This document shows positions 47,230 to 59,905 of a stretch of DNA of 64,000 bases, piece by piece (within the stretch, counting starts at the first letter, position 1; each line of letters starts with the position of its first letter). The stretch comes from Takakia lepidozioides (taxonomy: Eukaryota > Plantae > Bryophyta). The notes below the pieces were generated by a model. The model saw nothing but the letters and a program-made list of their open reading frames with translations, had not been told where the DNA came from and searched no databases. Location of the stretch: NCBI GenBank assembly GCA_030704615.1, contig CM060731.1, positions 21,700,001 to 21,764,000 of the forward strand, written 5' to 3'. The position numbers and the translations under genes are program-made.

Positions 47230-50115
47230 AGTGGACTCAACATGTACCGCTTTTGATCCACCCAATCCTGCAATTGCCCTGGAAGTTGGAGAAAAAGATG
47301 AAGTACTATCAACAGAGATCACTGATCAACATGAATGGTTTGTCAATTCTGGTGCTACAAAACACGTCACAGGAAATTCGGATCTTGTGAATGATGTTTT
47401 AGCATCCGGAAGCTCACATAATGTGAAACATGCCGGTGGGCATACACACAATGTTCTTGGCAAAGCCCATGCCAAAATAAGACTAAATGGTTCAATAAAG
47501 AAAATATCTGACGTTCTTTACGCACCTGGCATAAGACGAAATTTATTTCCAGTAGGTGCAATGACTGATAGTGGACATTTAACAATATCCGAGTCTAGAA
47601 GATGTTTATTTATAGATAGGAAAGACCCCACAAAAATTGGGAACTAGAGATAGTCGAAATGGATTATAAAAACTAGATATGAACAAGTTCCTTGAAAGCC
47701 ATAACATAGACACTAAAACACATGGAAATAAATGTTTGTGACGAGGTTGTACCACATATAGATTATCGTAGAATGACTCAACTTTGGCATCGACGTTTGG
47801 GTCATCTAAACTTTAGGGGGGTCCCCCAATTATCTGCTCAACATCGAGTTGTGGGCATACCATACCTTCCACTTCTCACAGGAACATGCACGGGCTGCTT
47901 ACTAGGAAAACATCAAAGAAATATTTCCGAAGGTAGCTGAACATAGAGCTACTGAGATACTCCAACTGCTGTACACAGACTTGTGTGGTCTTGTGTAGGC
48001 ACCGTCACTCCCAGGCTCAAGGTACTTTATGGCCATAACTGATGATTATAGCCGATACACATGGGTGCATTTTTTGAGAAGGAAAGATCAAGAGGCTCTG
48101 CAAAGCTTCAAAACTTTCAGAAACACGATTGAGAATGCGACTGGATAAAGACGATCAAATGTTTGAGAGCAGATCATGGTGGTGAATTTATGTCTCATGC
48201 TTCACTAAATATCTCCATGAGCACGGGATCACACGACAGCTCAGTCAACCTCGCACACCTCAGCAAGCAAAACGGTGTTTCAGAGCGCAAAAATCGCACT
48301 CTACTTGAATGCGCAAGAAGTATGGTACTTGAAGCTGATCTACCGAAGTTTCTGTGGTCGGAAGCTGTAAATACAACTGCTTATCTGATAAATCGGTGTC
48401 CTTCAAGTGCAAATGCTGGTATGACTCCACATGATAAATTTTCAGGTACCAAACCAGTGATTTCTCATCTTCGTATTTTTGGCAGCAAGTCTTTTGTTCA
48501 TGTTGATAAATAATAACAGGGGTAAGCTGGATCCAAAATCCATAGTTTGCATCCTAGTTGGTTACGACATCAAAACCAAGGTCAATCCTACCATATGTAA
48601 CATATTTGTTAGTCGGGATGTGAAGTTTATTGAGAAGATCCCTGTTCAAGGGGATGCGCCTGAAGCAGATCAGCGACACTCTAATCCATATCGAATGCAT
48701 GATGGAGATGATGATTCTAATTCTGAAGAATCAATAGTCCAACAAATGGCCACGGTCCCAAATCCACCGACCCCTCCTACCAACTCACGAGCAAGTTGCC
48801 ACTCCTATGCACACTATTGAACGAAGGTCAACGAGTGTTCGTCGAAGGCTAGCTCTCTTGGATGACTATGTGAATGTGGTTGAAAATGAGGAACCTACAA
48901 GCTTTCATGAAGCTTCTCAAGTAGAGGGCTGGTGCGATGCAATGCAGTCAGAAATGGACTCAATTTCCAAGAATAAAACTTGGGAATTAGTGGACCTTCC
49001 TCCTGGGAAGACTCCAATCACTGCTAAGTGGGTTAACAAAGTCAAGAAAAAAGTTGATGGGTCACCAAACAAGCTCAAAGCAAGGTTGGTTGCACGTGGT
49101 TTCCAACAGCGCAAGGGAATCGATTATGACGAGACATTTGCCCCTATGGCGAAATGGGGAACTATTCGATCGATTGGTGCATTTGCCGCATACTCAAACT
49201 GTGAGATCTTTCACATGGATGACATATCAAAACCGTGAATGGCGAATGAAAGAGGAAGTCTTTATGAGACAACCAGAGGGATTTCAAAAGCCAAATAATG
49301 AAACTAAGGTATGTAAATTATTTAAGGCACTTCAAGGTCTCAAGGAAACGCCACGTGCTTGGTAATATGCAAAACGTCATAACAGTCTTCCTCAACGGAG
49401 ACCTCTTGGAAGAAGTGTTCATGACACAGCCTGAAGGCTTCGCTATTCATGGCAAGGAAAGCAAGGTGTGTAGGCTTAACAAGGCACTTTACGGGCTGAA
49501 ACAAGCCACCCGTGCCTGGTATGAAAAGATTGATGCCTATCTTTAAATCCCAGGGTCTACAAAGAAGCAGTGCATATTATAATCTCTACTATTCGATTGA
49601 GGATGGAAAAATCATAATCCGCGTGCTTTATGTAGATGATCTCCTTATCACCAGTGACAACACCAACAAGATAGAATGGATTCAATCATAGCTGAGCAAG
49701 AGATTTGAGTTGCTGCCAAACATGTCCTCAGGTATCTAAAGGGTATAGTCAACTATGGATTGTTCTACGAACAAGGAGGAGAGACTGCGATATCTACACG
49801 GATGCAGACTCGGCCAGCGACCCAAACACTACAAGGTCAACCACAAGATATATACATGTTTAATCTCGGCAATGGCCCAGTCACATGGGCAAGCAAGAGA
49901 CAACCAACAGTCTCTTGTTCATTGACTGAAATACCAAGCTCTCACGGAAGGAACCAAGGAGTCTATCTGGCTGAATTGGCTCACCTCAGAGCTACAGCAG
50001 ACAAAGGACATCCCAGTAAAATTGTGGTGTGACAACATGAACAACATCAAAATTGCTAAGAACATGATGTTTCATGGACGAATGAAACACATTGAAGTAC
50101 AACATCACTTCGTAC
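47230..50115 (+). mobile_element. Ty1/copia pol remnant, heavily decayed
   Basis: WFVNSGATKH (PR), LWHRRLGH, RADHGGEF, QNGVSERKNRTL (INT), WELVDLPPG, KARLVARGF, YVDD (RT), WASKRQ and CDN (RH). The QPEGF..KAL.GLK..RAW block occurs twice (49240-49540). Confidence 0.9.
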
Positions 50116-50489
50116 GTAGTTGGGACATGGGAGGTTGATCTAGAGGAGGTTGGGTAGCGAGTGGCGTGAGCATGCTCACGTGAGCACAAGCGAATGTACC
50201 ACATATTCCTAAGATGCCTTTCGAATATTCTTCAGCAAAACGAAAAATTGAGAAACTAAAAAATTTGCGAAACTATTTTTAACTACTCACATAGGCCCTC
50301 AGGGCAACACTTAAGAAACAAGTAACCCCTATACATGATAAACATGTTACCCTATAGGCGTGGGATTTCCTCACGCTATACTCACCTGATACTACCGTAG
50401 GCCCTTTCCACGATAGACTTGAAAAAAGGGCGTTGAGACTCCAAGAGACCTTAAGGTTGTCACGTCCCATGGATAATCTGTCGAGATCA

Positions 50490-50637
50490 AACTCTCACCC
50501 ACGAAACTACCACTTAATGTTAATGCTCAATGCGAAATTAAAACTCTCGTCCCCGAAACTACCACTTAATTTTAATTGCTCAATGCGAAATTAAAACTCA
50601 CTCCCGAAACTACCACTTAATTTTAATTTCTCAATTG
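50490..50637. repeat. Tandem repeat, about 50 bp x3
   Basis: cgaaactaccacttaat(g/t)ttaat..ctcaat occurs three times. Confidence 0.85.
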
Positions 50638-50954
50638 AAAGATAGATCAGATAGTTTATCGTTTTGATGCAACTGCACCCTATAAATGCATGTAACTCCT
50701 ATGACCGCAGTTTAAAAACATACAACCCCCATGACCGTGGGACATGATACCAACCCCCCATCTAGAGCATGTTCTACGGCAGATCAGATTGCAAAGCGAA
50801 ATTCCAAAAGCTGAGGGAACGATTGGGTGTGTTCTCACTATCAAATCTTCAAAAATTAGGCAACTGCATTAGGCAACTGCCTTGGTCGCATTCACAGCTG
50901 CCTCCCTGGAATTATCTAACTTTTTGTCACTGAGGACATGAGAGTGAGAGGAAA

Positions 50955-51142
50955 TGTCAGAAATGAGTCAGAAATACCACTCTCATCGTCTTGTCATCCA
51001 GTAACTCCTACTAGGATTCCCTTATTTGCTAGTACACAATTGTTATCCTGTAGGTTGTTACCTTGCTGGTCGCATTACTCATTAGTTAGTGTCTCACTCT
51101 CCTCTATGAGTACTTATGAGGTGATCACCAAGTAGTGGTGTA
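50955..51142. repeat. Partial copy of the copia LTR at 17246
   Basis: aaataccactctcatcgtcttgtcatccagtaact...gtgatcaccaagtagtggtgta is shared with 17250-17396. Confidence 0.85.
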
Positions 51143-51635
51143 TAATAGTATACATGGAGCCCTCTCAGTTCATTTCATCAAATATAGTTTTTGCTCACTT
51201 TGCTCACTGCAAGACGCTACACATGGATTTCTGTGGAGTGCTGGTGCAGATGAATAAATTGAAAGCTGCAGTTGACAAGTAACCAGTGAAACGCAGATAG
51301 CTGTGCAAGACGAAATTGATATAGTTTGCTTGCACCTTCCCGCCAGGGCAAGGATTACACTATAGTACATAGTATATATAGTATATACTATAGTCTATAT
51401 ATATAGTATATAGTAGACAATAGTCTATACAGTATATACATATTGTACTATATAGTACACTATAGTCTATAATGTACATATATGTAGATCATACTACATA
51501 CTATCCTGCATACTATATACCGTGTCAACACTACCATAGCCTCCATTTGCTATTGTTATGAGGAAACTGCCAGTGTGGGGCGATCATGCTCTTGCTACTG
51601 GCAGAAAGTATTTCACCGAGGGCAGAAGATGGTGA

Positions 51636-52003
51636 TCAAAGGTACTGAGGGGCAAGTTTGCCCTCGCGCACTATGTAATACTCTTCTGGAAATGGCTGGT
51701 GCTTGAACCACCGGTCCAGCATGTCCTTAACTCCAGCTGCGATCCGAGCCTGCGGTCACATAACCCTGTCAATCTGTCTGCAAGCAAGCCATGGCTATGC
51801 TTCGATCGAGTTTTCCGATAGAACAATCTATTCATGCATCTGACTTGGATATCAGGAAGGAAAAGAGGGATTGGATTGGAAGGGAAGTGCCTGCGCATCC
51901 AGTGTGGCGCCTGAGGTGTGTGGGGTCATAGCATGGTGGGGCATGTAGCGCCATGGATGATCCTTTGGTGCTGGCTGCTGATCCCATACATCGCCACCGT
52001 AGC
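51636..52003 (-). pseudogene. FDH: Orphan FDH exon 7 (51891-52003) and exon 8 (51636-51749)
   Basis: [38 protein letters not shown] / [37 protein letters not shown]. The flank 51215-51635 matches 6552-6910. No upstream exons on this strand. Confidence 0.9.
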
Positions 52004-52400
52004 CTGAGAAATGTATCTGATAATAGAAAGTAGGAGAATGCATTGTCACTACCTACCTATGTGTTGCATTGTAAACAAGACCTTGGCTCACACTTTACCA
52101 CTAAGCTCTCTTGTCCGCTTTTTGGTTTGAAAAGGCTGCGAGGCCTGTTCCAGTGGCTAGTCTTGCCGACATGGCATCTATGCAAAGGACGAAGAGGTGG
52201 ACGAGAGCTACATTTTAGTGCTTTGTCTGGTCGGTCCTTAGTCTGGAACCGACCTTAGACCATCTGATTAGTCCACCATCTGGTTATAGATTGAAGTCGG
52301 CCACATCACCGATTTGGGGGAAAAAACAAAAATACTGCTTTGGATATCCCTGAAAAGCATCCTGACAAAGATCTTGATTGTATCCGGGTGGTCGTGTGGG

Positions 52401-54003
52401 ATGCTTAGCACTGCTGTGTCTGCATTCAGGGCCCTGCACACATGCGTACCTGTGCATTCATCATCAAGCTTCGCACCTCCACCTGCAGCCTTTTGCTTTC
52501 ATCTTCTGCACAGACATAGGCCAGAGGCAAAGCGTCGAAGTTTGTCTGTTCTTTCTTACTGCATCAGGATGAGTGCCGAGAACGATAATCCAGTCTTGTA
52601 TAACGACTCTGCTACCGCCAAGGACGATGGGCGTGCTGTCAAGTCTGTAAGTTCCCCTGGCTCGTTCTTACTCGCGCAAACAAGTCTGTTTTTGTTTTGG
52701 CTAGGAAAAGAGGAAATGCCCCATAGCAAAGTGATAAACCCAGAAACCTCGATCACAACCTGGGCAAGCTAAGAATTGCTGATCCCGGCAATACAAAGAA
52801 CACACGACTGCGGACCAACCAGGGGAGAGTGCTTGAGCCTCCCGTTTTTCCAAGAAAGAGTAGGCTCCTCTTGTCTCTTACACTCGTCATCGGACAATGC
52901 GACTGCGGAGGGGCGTTGGACCAATCCTGTGACCCGGAGCAGGGGTCTAGGGTAAAGAACCCTAAGCTGTACATACTAGAATGAATTGAATGTCCTGTGT
53001 TACAGAATCAACAAGGGGTGGGGCCTGGCTGTAGTTCACGTTTTCGGCACCCCGTGCTAGAATTACTTTGGGAATGGTTAGGCCAGTTCTGAAGCCTGTC
53101 AAAGTGAAGATGCATTGCGAGTGAGTTATGGACATTGCATGAGGAATTCACTTGATGCTTGACTCACTTTGTCAAACTACTAGCAACTGACCACCCTGTG
53201 TGTAATCCCAGTCCTCTGCACCCACAAAATGGAATTTCCCACAAAGAGTAAGCATAGAATTAGTGGGGTCATCTTGAAGGGGGACCACATATGATATTAG
53301 GTAGTCAAGAGAACTTGTTTAAACCCTTCCCGTTTGCCATTGCAAAGTGCTCAGAAGATGGAAGCCGCCAGACTTCATACTCTATCTTATGTTCGCTACA
53401 GCTTACCAGATCCATACAAAGAAAGAGTTATTTCTTTTCACTCATTCTGTGGCCAGGTAACGTGGGGATGGAAGCAGTGAGATGAATTGAATCCAGTGTT
53501 AAGTAAACAAGGCTTTATGTGAAGCAACTCCTCCGGTGGTGCTTTTTTGGGAATTGTGAACCATAAATTCGAATATGGATGCTGAACTTTGTTGTCTGAA
53601 GTGACTTGCTGTCAATGTATTTTAATTTGATGTGATATTTTCAATGACTCCTGAAAATACTTTCATAACTGTATCAAAGTTTCATAGGAATGTTGATTCC
53701 TGCAGATCTGAAATTGTATATTTGTGGGTGCAGGTTAATGTGATCATCAAAGGCAAAGTGCAAGGGGTTTTTTACCGGAAATGGACTGTTGACACTGCTC
53801 AGAAAATGGGGCTCCATGGTTGGGTCCGAAACTGTCGTGATGGATCTGTGGAGGCTGTTTTCGCAGGACCATCCGATGTAGTGGACAACATGATAGAAAA
53901 ATGTCGCGGTGGCCCAGCGGCAGCCCGAGTTGCCGGGTTAGATGTCTCTTCATGGGACAAGGTAGTTCCCCAAGGGTTTGAGCAGAAACCCACAACCTGG
54001 TAG
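52401..54003 (+). CDS. Acylphosphatase, organelle-targeted (2 exons, 171 aa)
   Basis: Exons 52401-52646 and 53734-54003 (GT-AG, phase 0); signatures IKGKVQGVFYR and GWVRNCRDGSVE. Confidence 0.9.
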
Positions 54004-55434
54004 GGGATGTCGGAAAGGTAGAATGAGCCTCATTAACAGGACATTCAAGAGCCCTCATGATTAATATGGTTGACAAACAACAGTAGCACACGAGCAGTAA
54101 GCACTTCAGTATTTTAGTTCCATCTGCACCACTTGAGATTTGGAGAAGGACCAATGTCTTCATCAGAATTTGTTTAGTTCTTCAAGCAAAAATGAACATT
54201 TATGTAAAGAGAGAGTACTAGACCAAGGTCTATCTACTGCCTATATTAAAAACTCAGTACAACTAAAAGGTTGTTTACATATCTTCATCACATGGTGCGG
54301 GTTGTGTGTAGGGACCATTCCAATTGTTGCTGAGTAAGGCTGCTTGCAGAATAAGATTACTCTGTAATATATTCAGGCACATTGCAACAAATACTGTGCA
54401 GGCAATGCTGGTCTCACAACCTTTCTCTTGGCATCTTCTTGCTGCGACTTATCTATCAAGTCAACACAAATTCTCCCACCCCTGATATGTGAATAATGTA
54501 AGGATTTGAGCCACGTTCCTGACTGACTTGCTCTGGTCATTACTCAACTTCAGTGACTTTGAGATGCAATACATCTCACAGATAACACATCAAATCAGAA
54601 ATGGATTACCTGAAAAAGCAGCGGCAAGATTGGCATCAATTGCTGGACGACCTCATGTTGTGCCAACAGCTCAACACAACTGTACTGAATTTCCTAATTT
54701 CTGGTGGGGAACTTTGCAATCATGGTCCATGCTTCTCTAAAAAGGATTCCTTCAGAATAAATGTGCAAGAGTTTCACCACGATGACAAAGGAGGGAAAAA
54801 CCTTCGGAGCTAAAGGTCGTTCAGTAGGAGCTGATGTGAAGGATGACTATGATTGTGACGAAGAATATTTGAAGGACCTTGACTTCACCGAGGATGTATA
54901 AAGAGCAAACCGCCGTGCTGATATTCTGAAACATTTGAGCTCATTGGACCAGTATCTGTAGCGGATTGTCAGTCTTTATGTCCTTCCAAAAGTATCTCTC
55001 TGCCAGGGCCTGGAGCTATTGCCACAAAGCTGGGGCAAGTGACGGCTAATGAGTAGAACTTCCTCCTCCCTTTACTGTCTGAGCATGGGCTAGAGATAGA
55101 ACGAGGGCAGGCTGAATAGAACCGTGCAGCACGGAAGGGGAAGACCTTGGGATTTGGTGCATGTGAAGGTGTATGCTCGCTTATGGCAGTCTAGTAGGAA
55201 GGAAACGATACCGGACCACATCTAGAAAACTACACAAGCACACTTGACAGATTCTCAACTGAAGTTTCCTTCTTGTGAACTCATAAAAAGCACCTTCTCA
55301 TGATCATGCACGCTTTATTTTGAGCTTGGGTGCACACATTTCATGCCCACCTCCACATTTATTGTGTATGTAGGGGCCATAGCTGACACCCTGTGTACCA
55401 AGAAAGCTAGCCGAGTGACTAGCATTGGTGGATG

Positions 55435-56851
55435 TCACCTCCAGGCTGATGCCCCGACTATGGATCTACCCTGCCAGCCCAACAGCAAGCAGCCATGAGT
55501 CTCCTCCAGCTTGTAACCTTTACACGGATAGAGTTCCAACAAAGCTCTGGACTCGCTGGTAGCATGGTCACCCAAGGGTACACTCTCGAATCCCACACTC
55601 TTCATAATCTTGCGCCAGCGCTCCAACTTCTCGTGCCTCTCCAGGCGCTCAGTTCCTTCACAAGCAACTATGTTGATTATCTCTTGCGAGAATAATGTCT
55701 TCTCCACCTTGGCCCGTTCTGGGCTTGTCTGGGGCAGTGTAGCATGTAGTGAGTCAAAAAGGGCAGAGTAGTAGTGCAGAGCCTCCAGAAACCGGGCCAA
55801 GAATAAGGGCCCGTTGTGACTGGCTTCTTTTTCTACCAATGTCACAACCTTGGGAGCTTGTTCACGGATCATGCGCAAAATGCTCACCAGTGGACTCCCG
55901 GGCTCACACAGCAGCCTGTGCAAACGGTTCACAGAATTGACAGCCAGTGCTTCCCCAACACGGCGCTGCAGCATGAACTCTTGCAAGTTTTCCAGCCTTT
56001 CTCCTACAGCATGGAATTCAAACGGAATGTGGAGGGATGCTGCGAGATCAACTAGTCCCCTCCCTGTCTTTAGAATCTCTTCTAAAGGCATTCCCACCCC
56101 CGTGATCCGGAGATGAGGTGCTCCATTAGGTCGCGCTGCTAAGGCTTGCATGAGTGCTGGCCATTGATATCCTTGCATTATCTCCAGGTCGATGATGTGA
56201 ACCCTCTCCTCTCCCTCGAATGCCTCGAAAATGGCTTGATTGGCTGTAAAATGGGCAAACTTGATGTAAGGGCAACACTGATACAGTAGTTGGTACGCTG
56301 CCAACACTTCGTCTGAGGTGACTGGGTCATAGGATCTGAGTGCAAGGTAGGAGAGAGACCCTGTTCCGTTAATGCGTGCAACAAGTGCATCCGCAAAGTA
56401 TGAAGCCACCCGTTGAAAGGAGTCACCCTGGGGAGACGCCACTTGCTGCACCTGAAGCAATCTGAGATTGGCCTCCACATGGTTGTCCTTTGACACAGAG
56501 TCTGCACAAGCAAGCAGCCGATGGACAAGGTCCAGCCCACTGTTTTCTGAACCCTCCTGTTACAATGCAATGATGAGATTGGGTGAGAACAGTACTGAGA
56601 TGAAGATTCAAACTTCAAAGCATGGGGATAAGGTCAATGGCATTAAGAATGCAGCGTTGTAAGCAATTAGATTTGTCCGGTATGTAGCTTGGCCTTCTAC
56701 AGCTGAAAGGAAGGTCCAGAAGGCCTGGTGTGCGACATGAGATCGATCCTGAACTCTTAAAGGTTGTGTCTCGATATGCAAAGCAAATACCCTCCTGGAT
56801 TCAGAAAAATGGATTTGGCACAGAGAGATTGTACTCGTAAGACGTTGTTTG

Positions 56852-56899
<48 letters not shown>

Positions 56900-57688
56900 T
56901 TCTTATGAGTCCAACTTGCAATGAGTGAAGAAAACTAAGATCCATGCCTGTAAGGTGCTTGCAGCAGAATTTGTGGAAAGAATCTCCTCGTTATTTTGCT
57001 CCAGATCAATTTGCATGCATTCTGCTAAACACGCCGACGCAGAGCTAGTCTGTTGCAACGCAGACGCTTGGTGCTTGCTGAGATGAGGTGTTCTATAAAC
57101 TGTGGGGAGGACCCCAGATTGGCGGTAGGGGCTAGGCTCTTCTGGAATTCCAGTGTCACCTAAGCCCACTGTTGACCTTTGTACATCCACCTGTGACCTG
57201 TGTCCTTTGAGGAAGACGCTGCCATCGAATTGCATGGGGGAGGAAGATAAGCCTTGACTTGCATATGTCTCAGGGCCATGGTCGTAAGCTTTGTTGAGCT
57301 TAAAAGTAAGGTTGGAAGAGAGAGTGCCGCCAGGAGATGGAGGTAGGAGAGAAGCGTTTTGCCGTTGATATTGTTGGGGTTTGTCAACGGGTTTTGTCTC
57401 GAATGACAGAGGCGAAAGAGGGGCGAGACCGGAGGAAATGTCATTGTCGTCAGGGGCAGACTCTAAGAGATCAAAGTCAAGCATACTGTCTATCCACCCG
57501 GCCAGGTTGGAACTGTCAGGAGGAGACTCTGGCGGTCCATCATGAGGCGCGTCTGGAAGTTCAGTGTAGCTCGATACTTGGTCTGACCTGGCCAAAATGC
57601 TTGCGAAAGGAGACTCTACAATTCCATCTTCGGGCGAGTCTGATTCCGTGTAGCTCAATGATTGGCCTGGCCTCTCTACATGCTCCAT
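55435..57688 (-). CDS. RAM1: GRAS transcription factor, RAM1-like (2 coding exons, about 620 aa)
   Basis: Exons 56948-57688 and 55435-56556. [87 protein letters not shown]. Confidence 0.82.
56855..56896. repeat. (GA)n microsatellite in the GRAS intron
   Basis: About 21 consecutive GA units. Confidence 0.95.
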
Positions 57689-58959
57689 TTTAGCTGCCAA
57701 GCAGCTTGCGAAAGGAATAGGACGCAGGAACTTTTTAGGCACACATGAGGTGAGGAAGAGAAGAATCTATTTCCTGCCGCCAGAGGCGCTAAGCGACGAC
57801 ATCTTGAGTTCTGCATGTCTGCAAATACATAACCTTGTTCACAATCCGCTTCAATGCTCCTGTCAAGCCCCTCTGTACACGTGAATACCTATATCCCCTG
57901 CCCATCCCTGATTCGGAGGATTCTTCGATGAAGTCTGGCTACAGAACATGTTGCGTTGATCCTTTTACTCAATCGGTACTCATTTGTCAAGTGCAACTAC
58001 CTGCACCATTCAGACCATCACTTCTAGTACCTCAACCCTTCTCTCCTCATCAACTACGACATTTGGGACTCCAGGGCCAGGTACCTGGCACGCCAAAACA
58101 ATCACAATTCCTCAAACAACCCCTTCGAAGCACTGGCGAATTTTTCCAATTACCCAGCCCTCAATGTTCATAAAAATTTCCATCGTTCCAAGCTTACTAC
58201 AGGAAGACTACTCGACTTTCATAAAACTATCACTCAGTCTGAGCGGCATTCAATACTACCTTCAAGAGTACCTTCCTGCGGGCCTGTGAAACGTGCAATT
58301 CATATTTCCACCTGCATAGCCCTTTCTCACTACTCACTTCAAGCCGGCTCCGATGCAATTCGACCACTCCCGTTCTACTCACACACCTCGTCTCTCTCTT
58401 TCTTTCTTGCTCTCTCGCACACGGCACACTCCTGAACGGCACACTCCTGAAGCCACAGACATACCAATATCACACCTTCCCAGCATCCCTACAATCTTAC
58501 CATCCATCTTCTCCGCACCTTTCGGATTCCAATGTTTTAAAGATCGACGAGTCCTCCGTCTCTCTCCACTTTCCAAGTTTCCGCGTGCACACAATGTCAA
58601 CAAGAGGCGATGGAATCCAGGGTAGGCGCAACAATTGGTCACGCCCCACCTACTGCGAGCGCTCTCCCCCCTGGCTCATAATGCACACCTCCACTGCACT
58701 CTCGCACCTCTCTTCTCTCTCTCTACGCCTGCCGCACCCTGGCCCAGCCCCGCCCTGCTTGCGGTCCACCATCGGCTCTGACACCTGCACCAACGCGAAG
58801 GCGCCAGCTGGGCCCCGCCACTAGCCTCTTCCTCTGCTTTCACTCGGAGACTTTCGCGCCACCGTCCACGCTTCCCTAATTACCCGCTCCCCTTTTTTAT
58901 CCGGGCCTCTCCCTATAAATTGTCGTTTTTTTTAACTTTCTTTCTCTTGTTTTCTTCTG

Positions 58960-59905
58960 TTTTTGCTTTTTTTTTCCAGAACAGGAGACAGTGGCCCTGA
59001 CTAAAATTTATTAAAATTAGAGCCCAGAGGCCTGAATAACTTATTTGGGATTATTTTACTTTCACATTTTACTTGAGAGGAGAAAACATTTAGTGACCAC
59101 CAAATGGCCCCAGGAAAACAGAAAAAAACAAAAACAAAAAAGCCGTGAGGTACTTTGATTCAAAAGGCCCCCCTGACCCCTTTCTCTTATTAAAATGTCT
59201 TAAGAACAAAGGCCAAATCCGCAGATTTTCTGTTTAATATTTTTAATGTTTTTATTATTTTTGGATTTACTGTCTTTATCTTATTTTATGGAGAAATGGG
59301 CCAGAGTTTCCTAAAATGCATTAAAGAATGGCGAGGAAAAAATAACCTTGCAAAATATTCATGGGGACTAAACATAAATTCAAATAGATGGTATGATGGC
59401 TAACAACTTTTTATTCTATACTTTATTTAATAAATGATCAAACCATGCATAAATATATAATCAATTTTCTTTTTCTTTTTTTTCGTTTTTTCTTTTTTAC
59501 AGAACAGGGGACAGTGGCCCTGGAAATTTTTATTAAGGTAAGGAAAAAATAACTTTACAATAGCCATGAAGGCAGATGAAAGAGGTACCACTCATAGCCA
59601 ATTTGTTTCCCAAAAGGCATTCGCCATTTAGTTTTTTTTTTTTTTTTCCTTTTTTTTCTTTTTTTTTGGTAAGAGAACAGGGACAGAGGCCCTTAGGTTT
59701 ATTGCAATTATTCGAGGAAAAACAGGAAAAAACAGTTCTATCGTTAATGCTTAACAATATAGCTTAAAAACTGTAAGTAGTAAAAAATAAGAATTCTAAG
59801 AGGTCATTAAAATGCTTATTCTGTTGAATGCTGACAAATTATATATATATATATATACTATTTTTCTAATGAACAGGGGAGAGTGGCCCTGGCGAAATTT
59901 TAAGG
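58960..59905 (-). repeat. Cluster of four short stem-loop / A-tail modules (probable retroposon 3' ends)
   Basis: Minus-strand CAGGGCCACTGTCCCCTGTTC-like core followed by an A-rich tail at ~58967-59012, 59470-59535, 59632-59703 and 59860-59900; the first three are preceded by AATAAA. The same module occurs at 16611-16652. Confidence 0.6.

Noticed and set aside
50490-50637. CRISPR-like array
   Set aside because: Units are contiguous with no unique spacers, there are no cas genes, and the context is eukaryotic.
54500-55260. Possible gene between the acylphosphatase and GRAS genes
   Set aside because: Only short ORFs with many stops and no motif I recognise.
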